DNA of 64,000 nucleotides from Alloascoidea hylecoeti (lineage: Eukaryota), in the NCBI GenBank assembly GCA_001600815.1, contig BCKZ01000001.1, positions 1,583,389-1,647,388 of the forward strand, given 5' to 3'. Every line of letters starts with the position of its first letter. Position 1 is the first letter of the stretch. Shown here piece after piece: positions 1 to 10,610 of the stretch. Under the pieces are notes generated by a model. It had not been told where the DNA came from and made no database searches. It was given only the letters and a program-made list of their open reading frames with translations. The position numbers were made by a program, and so were the translations under genes.

Positions 1-361
1 GGCAGAAATATTATCTCGACAGATCATCGAGAGAAGAAATGAAGAAAGTTAGAAAAGGCATCGATGTTTGAGTTGTTTTCAGAATTATTATTTAGAAAAA
101 TGATGAAATATTATACTACTTATTTACGTTCATATTCATGTTTAAAATTTGATTTAAGATTTTCAATTAGTTAAATATATATTACATTACTTTCATTATT
201 TAATTTACATAACAATACAGCTAGTTTCAAAATATAACATTAAAGGTCAAATAAGAAAAAACATTAGGTAAAGTCGAATGAACTATTAGATCAANGGGTC
301 AATTATAAGATAGATATAAATAAAATAGGAGTAATAGTTATTCCAAGATAACAGAAGAGNC

Positions 362-1150
362 TTATTCCAATGCTCTGTTGCATGCATATGCTTCCTCTCC
401 ACGTTTAAGACTTAGTAAAGGTCTAACATCGGTAACATGATTCAACCCTTTTAAAATGGGAATCAAATTTAGTAATTCAGAATCTGTGTGGTCATTAAAC
501 CAACCTTTGATTCTGATGGAATTATCTTTGTTCATTGTGCAAGTTTTAAGAGAATCGTCGACGATTATGACTTTGCTGAGGTCAGGCTCAACGGTCGAAA
601 TATCTTTAACATAATTTTTGTTCCTTGGGGATAAATATGAGATCAAGTTACAATCGTTGCGATATAACCTTTTAGTAAATTGGGTTCCTTCCCCTTCGAG
701 CCAGTCAATTATTGGGTCGGCATATTGCTTTAAAGAAGCTGTGAAGATGACCAAATTGTACCACTGAGACACTTGCTTCAGAAATTCATCGCAGTAAGGT
801 CTCTTGTAGACATGATATATACGGGATGAGTTGTTGTCCAATTTCACCTCAATCATCCGCATCTGGGACTGGGAAGCACCAATTTGAATGCGGCTTTCTT
901 GTAAAAGCGAATGAATTAGGGTCTCGTCAAGATCAAGAATCAATGTTTTACGATAAAGCGGACGGAAAAATAGGTGCCGGGGAGGTACCAGCATTAGGAT
1001 CGATTGCATCATCTTTTGGGAGATGACTTTGAATGGGTTGGCCTCACCTGAGGATTGTAATTCGTAATCAATAGTAACGGTCATGATAATATTAAATAAA
1101 TAATAAGGAAAAGTAAGTGTAATATTTCTAGGAGCTAGAAATACACTCAC
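362..1150 (-). CDS. NEM1: Nem1-like HAD/FCP1-SCP family phosphatase, left-arm copy; true 5' end probably in an upstream spliced exon
   Basis: KTLILDLDETLIHS (DxDxT motif), KRPYCDEFL, FTAS..YADPIIDWLE and C-terminal DVRPLLSLKRGE resemble yeast Nem1. The ORF track start is GTG, so the start is uncertain. Confidence 0.75.
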   Translation of the reverse strand: MSVFLAPRNITLTFPYYLFNIIMTVTIDYELQSSGEANPFKVISQKMMQSILMLVPPRHLFFRPLYRKTLILDLDETLIHSLLQESRIQIGASQSQMRMIEVKLDNNSSRIYHVYKRPYCDEFLKQVSQWYNLVIFTASLKQYADPIIDWLEGEGTQFTKRLYRNDCNLISYLSPRNKNYVKDISTVEPDLSKVIIVDDSLKTCTMNKDNSIRIKGWFNDHTDSELLNLIPILKGLNHVTDVRPLLSLKRGEEAYACNRALE

Positions 1151-1623
1151 TCCATGCCCTTTCCTATATGGGCATTAGTCAGGTATAAGCTTGTTCTAGG
1201 TTTGGATGTTTGCATAAACTCTCGAAAATACCACCAGAACACTCGAAAAAGTCCGTCTCTTTGATACAGACACCATAATTAAGATTATCCAAAACAACAT
1301 GTGAAGCATGCGGTATGTATTATATCCCTTCTTTTAATCTCCACCTTACGTTCCATAAATATAGTTCTTTCACTAGGTTTTAAAGACCTCCTCGATTATT
1401 CTAATTGAAAACATTGGACTAGATGCTCAACCAAGATTAAAAGAAGGGATATAATACATACCGCATGCTTCACATGTTGTTTTGGATAATCTTAATTATG
1501 GTGTCTGTATCAAAGAGACGGACTTTTTCGAGTGTTCTGGTGGTATTTTCGAGAGTTTATGCAAACATCCAAACCTAGAACAAGCTTATACCTGACTAAT
1601 GCCCATATAGGAAAGGGCATGGA

Positions 1624-2412
1624 GTGAGTGTATTTCTAGCTCCTAGAAATATTACACTTACTTTTCCTTATTATTTATTTAATATTATCATGACCGTTAC
1701 TATTGATTACGAATTACAATCCTCAGGTGAGGCCAACCCATTCAAAGTCATCTCCCAAAAGATGATGCAATCGATCCTAATGCTGGTACCTCCCCGGCAC
1801 CTATTTTTCCGTCCGCTTTATCGTAAAACATTGATTCTTGATCTTGACGAGACCCTAATTCATTCGCTTTTACAAGAAAGCCGCATTCAAATTGGTGCTT
1901 CCCAGTCCCAGATGCGGATGATTGAGGTGAAATTGGACAACAACTCATCCCGTATATATCATGTCTACAAGAGACCTTACTGCGATGAATTTCTGAAGCA
2001 AGTGTCTCAGTGGTACAATTTGGTCATCTTCACAGCTTCTTTAAAGCAATATGCCGACCCAATAATTGACTGGCTCGAAGGGGAAGGAACCCAATTTACT
2101 AAAAGGTTATATCGCAACGATTGTAACTTGATCTCATATTTATCCCCAAGGAACAAAAATTATGTTAAAGATATTTCGACCGTTGAGCCTGACCTCAGCA
2201 AAGTCATAATCGTCGACGATTCTCTTAAAACTTGCACAATGAACAAAGATAATTCCATCAGAATCAAAGGTTGGTTTAATGACCACACAGATTCTGAATT
2301 ACTAAATTTGATTCCCATTTTAAAAGGGTTGAATCATGTTACCGATGTTAGACCTTTACTAAGTCTTAAACGTGGAGAGGAAGCATATGCATGCAACAGA
2401 GCATTGGAATAA
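1624..2412 (+). CDS. NEM1: Nem1-like HAD/FCP1-SCP family phosphatase, right-arm copy; 5' structure uncertain
   Basis: Identical to the left copy. Branch-like GACTAAT (1594-1600) plus TAG (1608-1610) indicates a splice acceptor just upstream. First in-frame ATG is 1690. Confidence 0.8.
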   Translation: MSVFLAPRNITLTFPYYLFNIIMTVTIDYELQSSGEANPFKVISQKMMQSILMLVPPRHLFFRPLYRKTLILDLDETLIHSLLQESRIQIGASQSQMRMIEVKLDNNSSRIYHVYKRPYCDEFLKQVSQWYNLVIFTASLKQYADPIIDWLEGEGTQFTKRLYRNDCNLISYLSPRNKNYVKDISTVEPDLSKVIIVDDSLKTCTMNKDNSIRIKGWFNDHTDSELLNLIPILKGLNHVTDVRPLLSLKRGEEAYACNRALE

Positions 2413-2927
2413 GNCTCTTCTGTTATCTTGGAATAACTATTACTCCTATTTTATTTATATCTATCTTATAATTGACCCNTTGATCTAATAGTTCATTCGA
2501 CTTTACCTAATGTTTTTTCTTATTTGACCTTTAATGTTATATTTTGAAACTAGCTGTATTGTTATGTAAATTAAATAATGAAAGTAATGTAATATATATT
2601 TAACTAATTGAAAATCTTAAATCAAATTTTAAACATGAATATGAACGTAAATAAGTAGTATAATATTTCATCATTTTTCTAAATAATAATTCTGAAAACA
2701 ACTCAAACATCGATGCCTTTTCTAACTTTCTTCATTTCTTCTCTCGATGATCTGTCGAGATAATATTTCTGCCATCAATTCATTGTTGATTGGATTCAGA
2801 AAGGAAAACACAGCTCAAGAAATGTTGATTGGGTATACTATTTACATGAATTGCATGTGTTCACTATTAATATTCCTTATAGTATTTGATAAAAATATAT
2901 ATATGTACAGGAAAGTAATGCTATGGT

Positions 2928-5606
2928 CTATTCAGATACATCATCATCTTCATTAAAATATAGCAATTCATTAAAATTTTCATTTACATCACAATAAGTA
3001 CATGCCTCATTAACATTGTTACTTTTATTGTCCTCACTACAGTACTTATCAAATCCCAATAATGATTCTCTGAACTCTTCAGTTAAATCCTCATACTGTG
3101 ATCTTTTATTTCGAATGATTTCTTCAGCACTATCTCTTTCGTAATCAACTTTTGTTATTCTTTTCCATATTTTATAACAATAGAACTTTAAAGATTTTAA
3201 ACCTCTTAAATACCCATGATCTGATTCACATGGATGTTGTGGTGGTTCAGTATGTGTTAAATTCATATCATTTTTATTCATTATATTTTGATAATCAACA
3301 ACAGATTGTGCAAAATCAATAATTTTCAAAAATATTTTATCATTATTATTAGTTTTTGACTTTGAATTTGAGTTTGAGATTGAATCATAATATAATAATA
3401 AACTTGATCCATACATTCTATAACCTTTTAAGCTTTTAATAATATTTTCTAAAATTTCTAAATCATTTAGTAAATTTGGTATTCCAATAATAATTGATAA
3501 TTTGTTTCTACCACGATAAAAAAATCTTAATAAACAATCTTCAAAATGTCTACCAATTTTTAAATTTCTACCCCAATATTTATCTCTTTTAATATATGAT
3601 TTATTAAATTGATCCCAAATTTTTAAACCACATACTCTGATACCTAATTTCCTACTTGTTGTTTGTTTACATTTAATCCTTTGTGAAATTTTTTTAGAAG
3701 GTGTAGCATATATTCCATATTGTCTTGTTCCCATTTTTAAATCAAGTATTGTAGGTCTTGAAAATTTTGATGTTAAATCTTCAAGAAGAATAAATTGTTC
3801 TAATGTATCTGAAATAGCATTTGGTGAAAGCTCTCGTGTTTGTACTCGCTGTGGTGAAGTTGAAACCGAGTCTGCTAGACTTAAACTCAGGTCAGAAATC
3901 ATTGAGTTACTCATTAACTGTGTCATGTGTTTCTCATCATCCATTTGGAAAATTCTTCCTCGATCTCTTTCCCCGCTGATACTTGCAGTTTCTTCACTTG
4001 TTGATGTTAAAGAGGATATCTTCATCCTTCCTAGTTCGGAAACACTAAGCCGTTGAAACTGTCGTTCATTACCAGTGATTGATTTAAAGCATGAGTTTCT
4101 ATGATTACGTATTTCAGCTAAAGGAGATTTCATGGTGAAGTTGGATCTAGATGTGGGACTAGGGCTATTTTTTGGTAATGAAGCGTCTGTTCTTAATCGT
4201 GAAGGTATCCAATTTTGAGCTCCATTATCACCAATAGTTGAAAGTTGTACATCATCAATTGGGGCTATATCACTCATAGAAGCTGATTTTGAGGAAGAAT
4301 GACAAAATGTACTTGGATGAGGTCTTGATATAGGAGCAAAAACTTGAGATAAAACTTCTGTTTGAAAATCAGTATTAACTCTTGTAAATCCAGTATTTGG
4401 TAATGATCTATTAAATGTATCAGATGAAAATGAATCAAGTGAGTGAAATGAAGAAGAATAATCAGTATTATTATTATTATTATTATTATTATTGTTGTTG
4501 TTGTTGTTGTTGTTGTTGTCGTTAATATTAAGTAATGATGATGGACTCAAAAAGGAATTCGAAGTTGATGGAGCTGATGATGAATAAATATTATACATAG
4601 AGTCAGGAAGAATATGTAAATTATCATCAATTGAAACTTCAGGAGTTCTAATTTTTCTTTTACCGAAACTTTTTAAAGATTTTATTGAAGAATTAATTGA
4701 ATTTATATCATCGTAAATGATATCTTCTTCTACTTCTATTACTTCATCGTCAGCATCTTCATATTCACATTCTTTATATCTAATATTTAGAGTACCGATG
4801 TATTTTGGCATGAATTGAAGTAAATTAGGATGATAAATTTCAATATTTTCATACCATTTATTTTCATTTTTTATCATTTTTTTACATACCGCTTTTTCAG
4901 AAAATTTAAAAATTGCAGTATGACCTCCAACTTTATGATTGAAATCTTCAAGTTGAACTACCAGAGGATATTGATGCTGAGATGTTGTGTTAAATGAGGA
5001 AGGTGAGCGGGTTTGTGTTAAAGGAATTGAAATTGGTTGTTGGGGATAATTATTTATAGTTATTGGGGCAGAACCAGTAGTTTCTCTCAACCTTATCTTA
5101 TCAGACACACCATCGTTTTGAGATTTGGAGGATAAAAACGGTTTATTATATGAGTTTGGAGTTATAGACTCCTGAGGGTTCCAGTGCTTATTATAAGTTA
5201 CTGACGATGATATTTCAGTATTGAGGGTGGGTTTTTTCGGTACATGGTTAGTGTTATTATCATTATATTCGGCCAATGATTTAGAAAGTGTGGAACTTCG
5301 GGATACTTGAGCCTTAGTTACTGGCAGCTTGGATTTGGAAATAGGGAAGTCCTTCAATTCAGGATATGACTCATGATCGTTGGTATACTTTACATGGAAT
5401 CCGTCCTGTCTTGATAAATCAGTTGATGGTTCCACTGCAAGTGTCGGTGACAACGGTAATTCCCCACCAATAACTATAAGTTCGCTATTATGTTGAACAG
5501 CACCATGAATATCGAGGGAAAATCCATCGTGATCTGGAGCATTTCTCAAAGATTTATTCAATTTCGCCGTATTCGAAACATTTCCCAAGAAAATTTCATT
5601 GTTCAT
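2928..5606 (-). CDS. KCS1: Inositol hexakisphosphate kinase (IPK family)
   Basis: HKVGGH, FILLEDLT, PTILDLKMG (PxxxDxKxG), YGSSLL and IDFAQ motifs; long S/N-rich insert typical of Kcs1. Confidence 0.92.
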   Translation of the reverse strand: MNNEIFLGNVSNTAKLNKSLRNAPDHDGFSLDIHGAVQHNSELIVIGGELPLSPTLAVEPSTDLSRQDGFHVKYTNDHESYPELKDFPISKSKLPVTKAQVSRSSTLSKSLAEYNDNNTNHVPKKPTLNTEISSSVTYNKHWNPQESITPNSYNKPFLSSKSQNDGVSDKIRLRETTGSAPITINNYPQQPISIPLTQTRSPSSFNTTSQHQYPLVVQLEDFNHKVGGHTAIFKFSEKAVCKKMIKNENKWYENIEIYHPNLLQFMPKYIGTLNIRYKECEYEDADDEVIEVEEDIIYDDINSINSSIKSLKSFGKRKIRTPEVSIDDNLHILPDSMYNIYSSSAPSTSNSFLSPSSLLNINDNNNNNNNNNNNNNNNNNTDYSSSFHSLDSFSSDTFNRSLPNTGFTRVNTDFQTEVLSQVFAPISRPHPSTFCHSSSKSASMSDIAPIDDVQLSTIGDNGAQNWIPSRLRTDASLPKNSPSPTSRSNFTMKSPLAEIRNHRNSCFKSITGNERQFQRLSVSELGRMKISSLTSTSEETASISGERDRGRIFQMDDEKHMTQLMSNSMISDLSLSLADSVSTSPQRVQTRELSPNAISDTLEQFILLEDLTSKFSRPTILDLKMGTRQYGIYATPSKKISQRIKCKQTTSRKLGIRVCGLKIWDQFNKSYIKRDKYWGRNLKIGRHFEDCLLRFFYRGRNKLSIIIGIPNLLNDLEILENIIKSLKGYRMYGSSLLLYYDSISNSNSKSKTNNNDKIFLKIIDFAQSVVDYQNIMNKNDMNLTHTEPPQHPCESDHGYLRGLKSLKFYCYKIWKRITKVDYERDSAEEIIRNKRSQYEDLTEEFRESLLGFDKYCSEDNKSNNVNEACTYCDVNENFNELLYFNEDDDVSE
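4467..4519. repeat. Compound (ATT)n(GTT)n microsatellite encoding the poly-Asn tract in KCS1
   Basis: attattatt...gttgttgtt seen directly; about 18 Asn in the translation. Confidence 0.9.
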
Positions 5607-5745
5607 TTTCTTATCATAAATTTTCTAAAGAATGCCATTATCATAAAAGCTAAATTTAAACCTTATGATCCTGTGTGCGTATATCTGAGCATAAGAAGAT
5701 GTAAACAAATTACCAAACCTCCGATTCCAAACACCTACAATTGCA

Positions 5746-6045
5746 ATGTCAAACCAGCCTAAGAAAACATCTAGTTCAGAACCAGGTCTTACATACTTTG
5801 AAAAACAGCGTGATTTATTAATCTCAGAAATTGCCATCTCAATGGATTCAGTGTTGAACAATATTAATGCATTGAATAGGTCCTTGGAAGGTGTTATACA
5901 AGTTGGAAAGGAATTCGATAGTGTTTCTCAATTATGGAGTAATTTTTATGATAGTATAGCTCAGGCTGAACAAATTAGATCACAACAACAAAGACAATCA
6001 GGAAATAATGAAAGCCAAGTGAATACTCCTAAAAGCAGAAATTAA
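5746..6045 (+). CDS. DAD1: DASH/Dam1 complex subunit Dad1
   Basis: YFEKQRDLLISEI..SMDSVLNNINALNRSLEGVIQVGKEFDSVSQLWSNF matches the Dad1 family pattern; 99 aa. Confidence 0.9.
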   Translation: MSNQPKKTSSSEPGLTYFEKQRDLLISEIAISMDSVLNNINALNRSLEGVIQVGKEFDSVSQLWSNFYDSIAQAEQIRSQQQRQSGNNESQVNTPKSRN

Positions 6046-6438
6046 CCCCAAAAAGTGTTTAGAATAGGAATGAATAGATATGATTGAAATTGAAATGTAT
6101 ATTTAAGTCTTGCTCGTTTTTTTTTAATGTTTAGCTATAACACTATTCGATTTTCTTTAATACCATATTTTATTAATTTGACGAATCGAATAGGCCAAGA
6201 AAACTGCGACCCGCCTTGAAGGAGATCAACTTAAATTACAAAGTTTTACGGATATGAAACCACTAGAACTAGTACTTAAATAAAAATTAAAGATATTATT
6301 ATATTAATCTATTAGAATTAACAATTATTAATTAAACGAACGGCACCAATCATCTCTATCTTTCAGAAACCTAGATAGGATAGTAAATAATCCCAACCTG
6401 ACATTAAACTCATACAAAATTCAATAGTGTTAGTTTAT

Positions 6439-6621
6439 TTAAAAGAGGAGGGCGATGGCACCAGCGACGGCAGCACCGGCAATACCGGCTGGGACGTATG
6501 TGTTGGCAGCACCACTTGAAGAACCAGTTGTGTTGGTAGCGTTTTTGGTGGCATTGCTGGAGTTGGCAGCAGAGACAGCGGCGACTGAGGCAAGGGCGAT
6601 AACGACGGCTTTGAATTGCAT
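6439..6621 (-). CDS. Small secreted/membrane stress protein, Hor7/Ddr2-like (60 aa)
   Basis: Signal peptide, then AANSSN, S/T/N linker and hydrophobic C-terminus AGAAVAGAIALLF, as in Hor7/Ddr2. TATAAAA lies upstream on the minus strand (about 6714-6720). Confidence 0.8.
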   Translation of the reverse strand: MQFKAVVIALASVAAVSAANSSNATKNATNTTGSSSGAANTYVPAGIAGAAVAGAIALLF

Positions 6622-7542
6622 TTTAAAAGTGTATGAAGAAGCGACTGAACCAAAAACTGTGAGAGATGATGATGACAGGAGAAAGAGAAAGGGAGAAGAG
6701 AGAAGGAAAAGGCTTTTATATTAATATTTGGTAACGTGAAGGCGTGATCAATTTGAGGCGACAATTTATTAGTATTTGTGTGACATTCTGCAATAATGTT
6801 AAACATTCTAAATTCTCAGTAAATTCTTAAGCGGCACCACGTATGCTCCTCGTACTGTGCTGGCTCGAGTCTGCCTGCCTCAAGCCTGTGTCGGTCCTCG
6901 CCTTGACACTTTTGCAACTGCAGTTGTATAATGGTCTCTGACTCTGCTGTCGATCGGCGTCGTCCTCTTATATTTTTACTTTTAATAGCAAGATTTGGCA
7001 TTGTCACTCAGGAGAACCTCAATGATCTCATATTAATTAATCTAATGCACAAAGTAACAAATCAACAATCTCCATTACCGTCGGCTTTATTCATTTTTAA
7101 CTATAATGACGACTTCATTTTTCATGATTCACGTATCTCTCTTCCTCCTAATTAGTGTAATTATAGATCAATCTAAAAATATTAATCTCAAGTGTATGTA
7201 TATAAAGCTGGCCAATTAATGCAGTCTTAGGCTCTGGCATGATTGCATTTACAACAAGCATTTGCAATCGCTTGAATTCCTCATGATCATGTTTTTTTGC
7301 ATTCACCTCCATCAAGAATCATAAATGAAATTTTTTGGAAATAGAATATATAATATTTACTTTATCAAGGACTTTTCCACTTTCCGAGAATTCCAAATAA
7401 AAAGCGTTAACACAATTCAAATATATTAAACTAGATCATCTTCTTGATCATTTATGTCTCATGTTTTGCGTAGATATTTAACCAACTTTAAATTTTGTCT
7501 TATCTAATATTACTCATCTTATATTATAATTATGCACTCTGA

Positions 7543-8473
7543 CTATTTTTTTCTTTCAATAGTAAAAACAATTTTTTTATTACTTTCAATAGAAACAAAA
7601 TCACAAGCAAGATAATTTGAGGTTGAAACTTTCGTCCCAAAACTAGTTTCCCAATCTTGAACATCCCACATTAGACCATTTGTTGAAATTATTGTTGGTC
7701 CATCAAGTGGTATTAATCCAACCGATGGACCTAAGATTCTTTGAGGTGTATGAATATAATGTTTTACTCCTTCTGATAATAAGAATGTAATAGATGATTT
7801 TGAAACTAATACCAATTGCGAACATATCGTTGATTGTGATAATACATATAATTGATGAAATGAATGAAATGATTGGTCTACCCTACCTCCAATACCTCCA
7901 ATTGCATAAATTATTAGTTCCTTATCTTCTTCTTCTTCTTCATTTGTTTCAATTTTATCATGATTTTTATATCTTTCAATAAATAATTCAATTACCTTAT
8001 CGGTTGCCTTTCTAAAATCGGTACTATATTGGCTTGGATTACGAATTACTTTTACTCCTTTTCCTTCATAATATTTCTTTACTTCTGGTTGTAAAGAATC
8101 CAAATCTCCCGTTATTATGTCTGGTAAATGATTTATCCGTTGAGATGGATTATCCTTGAAATGATTATAAAGATGGTTTGCTCCTCCATCAGCACAAACA
8201 TGAATAGATGCTAAAATACATCGTTAGAAATTATTCTTGAAAGTAAATAAAATAGGAGTTTTAAATACACATACTATTATCCCAAATTTTCCCAAAAGTT
8301 CCATCATCATCCATCGATTGATTTAAAATTACCAAACCAAATATATCCTTATTTCTTTTCCTAATATTTTGATCCTCTAGCATTAAACATTGCCCGGGAT
8401 CAATTATAAAAGCATCTGATGGAATATCAAATGTATATGATGAGTCTCTTTCAATTACTATATCTTTTGGCAT
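7543..8473 (-). CDS. THI80: Thiamine pyrophosphokinase; exons 8473-8275 and 8210-7543, intron 8211-8274
   Basis: GTATGT...TTCTAAC...TAG intron joins two ORFs in frame, giving ILNQ...HVCADGGAN...GDLDSL...QYSTDF...GGRVDQ...GLMWDV...STSN. Confidence 0.92.
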
Positions 8474-10610
8474 TTACTATTTATATATATTTTTTTGGAT
8501 TAGTCAATTGAAGGTGAGTTTCATAAGAATAACCGGTTTTCAGCAATCTTGTGAAACAATCCTAAGTTTACAGTTTAGGTTCTTCGTGAAAATTACCCGG
8601 ATGAAAAAGTTATGTATTAAAACAGCTACATCATTATTACAGTAATAATATTTAATTTTATTTTATGCTTTAGAAAAGGGAGTGGATAAATTGAGGTTTG
8701 AACTAGACACTAAGATTGATTAATAATGATATATGTAAGCTAGGGTACCTTTAGGCGGATTGTGCTAAGGACATAGGGCACAATTATAGATAGGCTGGAT
8801 CTAACACACAAGTACAAAATAAACTCAGTTACGTAGAAACGAAAATATTAGGCGTTGTTGGTGTAGGCCTTCACTTCCTCAAAACCCACATCTATGATCG
8901 TCTTGACAAGTGGTAATATCTGATGTTTTCTTGGAAAGTTTACTCAACAAATTTTGGACGATTTTAAGATTAGTAGATTTGGAGATTGCGACTTAGTGTG
9001 AGATAACTGATTATTTGGACAATTAAGGGTATAGTGCTTTAAATGAATGGCTTATAACTTCTTTATAACATTCAATAAAAGATCTTCCAAGAATCCTTTT
9101 AAAATTGGTAATAGAGCGGCGGTTAGTTTTCAGTATTCTGCATTTCTATAAAATCCAGCAAACAGTTGACCTTTATATTACAAATTTTTTTTAGCCTTTC
9201 ATATAATTTCCAATTAAAGTCTAAAAGTACTAGAAATTATGTAAATGTTGAAGAAATCTCTGCTATAAGCCTTTTGTTCTACTCATTGTTTTATATGTTC
9301 TTGACATATTTCTTCTCTTATCTCTTCATTTGTTCCTTTACCTTGACCACCGGTACCTTATAATTAAAAGCAAATCTTTTTTTTTACTTTCTCAAGTTTT
9401 TAGATATTATAATTCCCCAGTCAATCTCGTTTAATAGGTGACAAAATTTCCTTAGAATTAAGAAGAAATAGCTGATGTGCTGGGACACAAAAAAGAAAAA
9501 AAGATTCCCGAGGTAAATTCAAAAAACTGTTTATGGTTGGAAAATATCACAAACAATATCTAGAATTTTTGGTATTTAGATATCGAAGTATAATATAGAG
9601 CCTTAATGGTTACTTGAAAAAGAAAATAACTGTTGAAGCTATCATCATTAATAATTGTTTCTGACAGGAAATTAAGAGCCCTAACGAAACAAGAGCTGCA
9701 GTCGTCTTTTTACTCTCCTTAACAAATGTTTGTGTAAACATACATCTATTTGAGCCTTCACAATTTTGTAATTAGCAGTATGTAAATTTTATATCAAAGT
9801 TGAGAGGGAATTTGGAGAAAAGAGGATGCGAAAGGTTGAATTCTTATAATAAATGTTTTTGTAGTTTAACAAGCTTAAGGGAATTGAATGCTGGTATATT
9901 AAGCAATACGACTGGCTAGGGTGACTCCTAATCATAGAACCTTGAAGAGAAGCCAGTGTATTTTTATGAGCAACTCGTCATTATCTAGACAGATACAGAT
10001 GTTAATATGGTCGGGTCAATCATTTAATTAGATCTATCCATAATTATACCTAGTCGGGAGTGAACCGGTTAATTTGAGCTTTAACATATATATATACAAA
10101 CCCATAGTTATCGTTATCGATACATTTATAACTAAGATTACATAATTCTATGTTCCATTACGATTACTTTTTTCTTAGATTTTAGGATTTATCGGGATAA
10201 TATTTATTATTTGATTTACGTATATAATTTACAACCACCTATAGTTATAGCTGAATTTCACAACTTATAATTATGAGGATAAAAGTTGAAAAAAAATTAA
10301 TACAGTATTATATAACTTATAGTCTAGTCGAGTTGGAAGTTTAGAGTTAGAAAAACGACTATGTTTTATAAGTGTAAGTGTGAATAAAACTAATTATGAA
10401 GCTTAATTGCAAAAGTAGTTGTCTTCAAATATAACACGTTAAACATAAGATTAATGAATAAAGGTATACACCTAGACGTTATTAATATATTCCAGTTATA
10501 TTGCGTACACAATAGCAGTGGCTTCGCCCTCATGCTCTTGATCTTGGCATTGAAAAGTGGGAATATAAATACTAAATATATCCCAGCTATTACTTTTAAG
10601 CTTTAGTATC

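Larger units (their letters stand above)
1..2773. repeat. Large inverted repeat: arms 1-1340 and 1434-2773, unique 93-bp spacer 1341-1433
   Basis: Position x pairs with 2774-x wherever checked (1 ggcagaaata / tatttctgcc 2773; pairing stops at 1340/1434). The ORF track shows identical mirrored ORFs. The N bases are mirrored too (295/2479, 360/2414). The left arm may continue beyond the window edge. Confidence 0.97.

Noticed and set aside
826..1948. Mirrored 66-aa ORFs (826-1026, 1748-1948)
   Set aside because: Antisense shadows of the NEM1-like CDS.
6435..6806. 123-aa and 89-aa ORFs overlapping the HOR7-like gene
   Set aside because: Alternative-frame or antisense products of a GC-rich short gene. 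The 60-aa frame has the coherent signal peptide and family pattern.
8700..10060. Mildly GC-richer patches between THI80 and the GH76 gene
   Set aside because: No recognisable protein or RNA motif in the frames examined.
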